37,669 nt of DNA from Chiloscyllium plagiosum (lineage: Eukaryota): assembly GCF_004010195.1 (NCBI RefSeq), contig NC_057758.1:4379437-4417105 (forward strand), in the 5' to 3' direction. Position numbers and translations under genes: made by a program. The notes beneath the pieces were generated by a model. It saw only the letters and a list, made by a program, of their open reading frames with translations. It was not told where the DNA came from and did not search any database. How positions within the stretch are numbered: the first letter of the stretch is position 1; the number at the start of each line of letters is the position of its first letter. Shown here piece after piece: positions 34,438 to 37,669 of this stretch.

Positions 34438-34974
34438 CTGTGTAATATACATGACTGTTTTGTCTCATTCCAAGTGATAGGGTCTAGTTGTTAGGGTTGA
34501 ACTCAGGATGCTTTCCAGTTCTGCTGAGCAAGCTCGAAATCACTTGTGAAGCCCACCTTTCCCAAACATTGATTAATGTGAAATGAATTATTTAACCCAG
34601 CGACTTCCAAACTTCTTCAATATCGATGTTGATGGTAAAGCATTTATTGATGGGCTTGGAACATTTTTCGCTATTCTGCTTCAAATGACACAATAGGTTT
34701 AATCCACAATGAAGAGGTCACTCTGAAGAATGTGTATGCCAGCAAGAATTATTCAGCACCTATTTGCAGATTTAGTATCAATGGTAAATTAAAGCAGAAG
34801 TTCAGTATAATTCGGGAAAGATCACAGAGTAGTGTATCAAAATGAGACCGTGCAACAGCGAAAATCAGAATATTAAACTTCAATCAGTTACAGGAGAAGT
34901 TAACAAACCGCACACTGCCAGCCTACCAATCCTGTCTGTGACTAACAGCAGCGGTAACAGCAGAATTCAAACGC

Positions 34975-35730
34975 TGCACTAACTCGCTAATGTATCAGCA
35001 GGTGGGATGAACGGATGTATCCGTTCCACCCACACTGAATAGGGGAAAGGCTTCTCTACCATTTGAGCGAGTTCATGTAAATGCAGGCTGCGGGACTGAA
35101 TGAATCTCTTCCCACATTCGGGGCAGATGAATGGTCTCTCCCAAGTGTGTGAGAGCTCATGTAAATTCAAGCTGCCAAACGAAGCGAATACCTTCCTACA
35201 TTCGGGAGCAGGTGAATGGTCATTCCCCTGTCAGAGTGCGTTGGCGTGCAGAGGGTGGATGACTGCCTGAAACTATTTCCACAATGAGTGCATGGATGGA
35301 TTTTCCTCGCTGTAAATTCGATGGTGGGACTGAAGGCTGGATGAAGCTGTCAATCCCTTTCGACACACAGAGCTGGTTAACGGCTCTCCCCAATTGAACT
35401 TGCTGGTGTGCGCTGAGTTTGGATGAAAATCCTTCCCACATACAGGACAGACAAACAGACTCTACCCAGTCTTCACTCTTGTATGCACAGTGAGGTTGAC
35501 TGTTTGAAACAAGTTCTACAGGAAGTGCAGCGAAACGGCATCTCCTCAGTGTGAATAGGCAGGTTTTTCTGGAGGCTGGATGACACTGCGAATTCCTTAA
35601 CATATGTAGAGCAGGTACACAGACTTTCTCCGCTGTGTCTACACCAATCAATTTCCAATGGGAAAAGGTAATTTAACATCTTCCTTCAGTCTCCACATTT
35701 CCATGGTATATTCACAGTGTTGGTGTCCTC
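34975..35730 (-). pseudogene. C2H2 (Kruppel-type) zinc-finger array pseudogene
   Basis: PWKCGD*, HSGE, HTEEMPFRCTSCRTCFKQST, QRTLTGE*PFTCSECRK and HTWERPFICPECGKRFIQSRSLHLHELAQMVEKPF. TGEKPF-type linkers recur, with stops and frameshifts. Confidence 0.9.
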
Positions 35731-35919
35731 TTGTCTGTCCAGGACAAATTATCAATGCAATGTTATGAAGTCATAAGCACGGATGGTCACCTTAAGATAG
35801 AAAGTCCTTTTCTGAATTTAAAGTGCAGACACAACTGCCAGCTAAAGGTTTGGCAATTCAAAATGTGACAATTTGCTGTTGAATGGATCCCTGTGTTTTG
35901 GTTGTTCTTTTGCTTTTGA

Positions 35920-35973
35920 CAACAATTTGTCTTCAACTAATTAGTTTAAATTATTTCCAGGAAACTTGAAGTC
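35920..35973 (+). repeat. 54-bp direct repeat, copy 1
   Basis: CAACAATTTGTCTTCAACTAATTAGTTTAAATTATTTCCAGGAAACTTGAAGTC; one mismatch versus 37471-37524. Confidence 0.95.
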
Positions 35974-36189
35974 AATAGAATTTTATTCTTTGGTTGCCTA
36001 GAAATCAAATTATTAGAATTTAAAGCGTCATAGGAAGTATATAAACCTCTATTCTATGAAAATTAGAGAGAGAGAGCAACTGCCCATCCAATGCCTGGCT
36101 TGCAAAGAAATTAGAAAGACTGTCTATCAAAGGTACCTTTTCATGTGAAACATAGTTGCAGTTAAAAAAAAAAACAACTCTTCGGTTCA

Positions 36190-36600
36190 TTTTCTTTGGA
36201 TAAAAATGAGATTGATTGGCGACCTGAATGGGGTTTAAAAAATCATGAAGGGTACAGATAGGGTAGATAAAGGTAAGCTTTTTTTTCCCAGGGTGAATGA
36301 TCCTATAACGAGAGGTCACGCTTTCAAGGTGATAGGTGAAAAGTTTAAGGGGATACACGCAGCAAGTGCTTGATGCAGAGGGTGGGTGTCTGGAACGCGT
36401 TGCCAACAGAGGTCGAAGAGGCAGGCGAAGTAGATTTGTTTCAGATTCGTCTGGACAGATGCATGAGTAGTTGGGGAGCTGACAGATACAGATGCTTAGG
36501 AATTGGGCGACAGGTTTAGACTGTACATTTGGATTGGCTCAGGCTTGGAGGGCCGACGGGCCTATTCTTGTGTTGTAATTTTTCTTTGTTCATGGTTTAT
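36190..36600 (+). mobile_element. CR1 LINE 3' end
   Basis: GDL..GFKKIMKG.DRVD...FPRV....TRGH.FKVIGEKFKG..RV..VWNALP and the 3'UTR GGAGGGCCGACGGGCCTATTCTTGTGTTGTAATTTTTCTTTGTTC. Confidence 0.88.
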
Positions 36601-36641
36601 TTGGTTTTCAGCTTCCTGTACCTGATGAGGAGATGTAGGCG

Positions 36642-36963
36642 TTACATTACATTACATTACAGTGTGGAAACAGGCCCTTCGGCCCAACGAGTCCCATACC
36701 GACCCGCCGAAGCGCAACCCACCCATACCCCTACCCCTACATTTACCCTTTACCTAACACTACGGGCAATTTAGTATGGCCAATTCACACGACCTGCACA
36801 TCTTTGGGCTGTGGGAGGAAAGCGGAGCACCCGGAGGAAACCCACGCAGACACGGGGAGAACGTGCAAACTCCACACAGTCAGTCGCCTGAGGCGGGAAT
36901 TGAACGCGGGTCTCTGGCGCTGTGAGGCAGCAGTGCTAACCACTGGGCCACCGTGCCGCCCAC
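36642..36963 (-). mobile_element. Young full-length HE1-type V-SINE
   Basis: Head GGCGGCACGGTGGCCCAGTGGTTAGCACTGCTG (A box), GTTCAATTCCC (B box), V core GTGTGGAGTTTGCACGTTCTCCCCGTGTCTGCGTGGGTTTCCTCCGGGTGCTCC, CR1-like tail and (GTAAT)n end. Confidence 0.95.
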
Positions 36964-37109
36964 AGAGATGAACCCAGTCCTCTTGGACAAATGATAGGGC
37001 CACTTCGAAAGCACCATAAGAGCCCTCACTAACTTGCCTGTTATTGTTAGATCGTTAAGAGTAACACAGTCGGTGAGAATTAGTTGAAGACTAACTCTCC
37101 TCAGGGAGA

Positions 37110-37440
37110 CAGGAGCAAGCTAAAGATCTGGAAGTGCTCGCAATTAGCAGAAATATTTACACTTCAACTTTGTGAGGGGAAATCAATTTCTAATTGTTGG
37201 AGAGTTGCTCAATGAGTTAAATATTTGCCTTTAACATGAACCTCACTGGATAAAAGACTCCATTCAGTGTCTTATAGTTCATCACAAGCTGGAATGTCCC
37301 AGGGTAAAGGCGGCAAAGGTTCCAGCATCTCATTGTGCTCTCTTCTTTTCAATGCACATGGTCTACACACAGATGAGTGAAGAATGTCAGTCTTTCCCAC
37401 GATAAACAATGCATTAATATGGACAACACGTCGGTTGTAC
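37110..37440 (-). pseudogene. Decayed Ig V-type relic, paralog of 9170-9520
   Basis: MRCW....PGTFQLV, VKGKYLT (cf. VKGRFT), QLEIDF..*S and KYFC (TATTTCTGC at 37147-37155). DNA homology to 9258-9379. Confidence 0.5.
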
Positions 37441-37470
37441 ACAGAAAAATGTCAAAATGTTAGTCTCCCA

Positions 37471-37524
37471 CAACAATTTCTCTTCAACTAATTAGTTTAA
37501 ATTATTTCCAGGAAACTTGAAGTC
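37471..37524 (+). repeat. 54-bp direct repeat, copy 2
   Basis: 53/54 identical to 35920-35973. Confidence 0.95.
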
Positions 37525-37669
37525 TCCCCACCAGTCCCTCTTTCCCCCACTCACTCTCTCCCAACGCGCAATCGCACTCTTTCACTCCCCACCCTACCCT
37601 CTCTTCCCACCAAATATATCTCTCTCCCCATACTCCATCTCGCTCCAGCCCTGCTCTCTCACTCACTCC
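37525..37669. repeat. C/T-rich low-complexity tract
   Basis: CCCC/CTCT runs continuing to the window end. Confidence 0.75.

Noticed and set aside
34480..34790. Ig-like motifs (LEITC..VK*..VTLKNV)
   Set aside because: Equally weak motifs appear on both strands, so no call can be supported.
37050..37340. Plus-strand V-J reading (QSVRIS*, GKGSSISL)
   Set aside because: The minus-strand reading (VKGKYLT..KYFC) is shared with the 9.2-kb paralog. This case shows the risk of by-eye motif calls.

Overview
Repeat-dominated eukaryotic DNA, almost certainly from a shark. This is inferred from HE1-type V-SINEs, CR1/HER1-type LINEs, shark-type Penelope-like termini and a GPR139-like GPCR of the kind expanded in elasmobranchs. 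No intact protein-coding gene is visible. Most of the window is decayed retroelements: CR1 (including a well-preserved ORF1 with a ~110-bp tandem 5'UTR and a near-full-length decayed copy), L2/CR1-group, Rex1/Babar, Penelope-like elements with hammerhead-ribozyme-like cores and fold-back structures, SINEs, and a possible Gypsy RNase H and LTR. The unique islands between the repeats hold three kinds of dead gene: a GPR139-like 7TM pseudogene, a C2H2 zinc-finger array pseudogene, and roughly a dozen heavily decayed immunoglobulin V-type domain relics on both strands. Two of the V relics are paralogous at DNA level (about 75% identity over 122 ungapped nt) and one is followed by a degenerate 23-RSS. 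All motif calls were made by eye; the individual V-relic calls are low to moderate confidence and need HMM confirmation.
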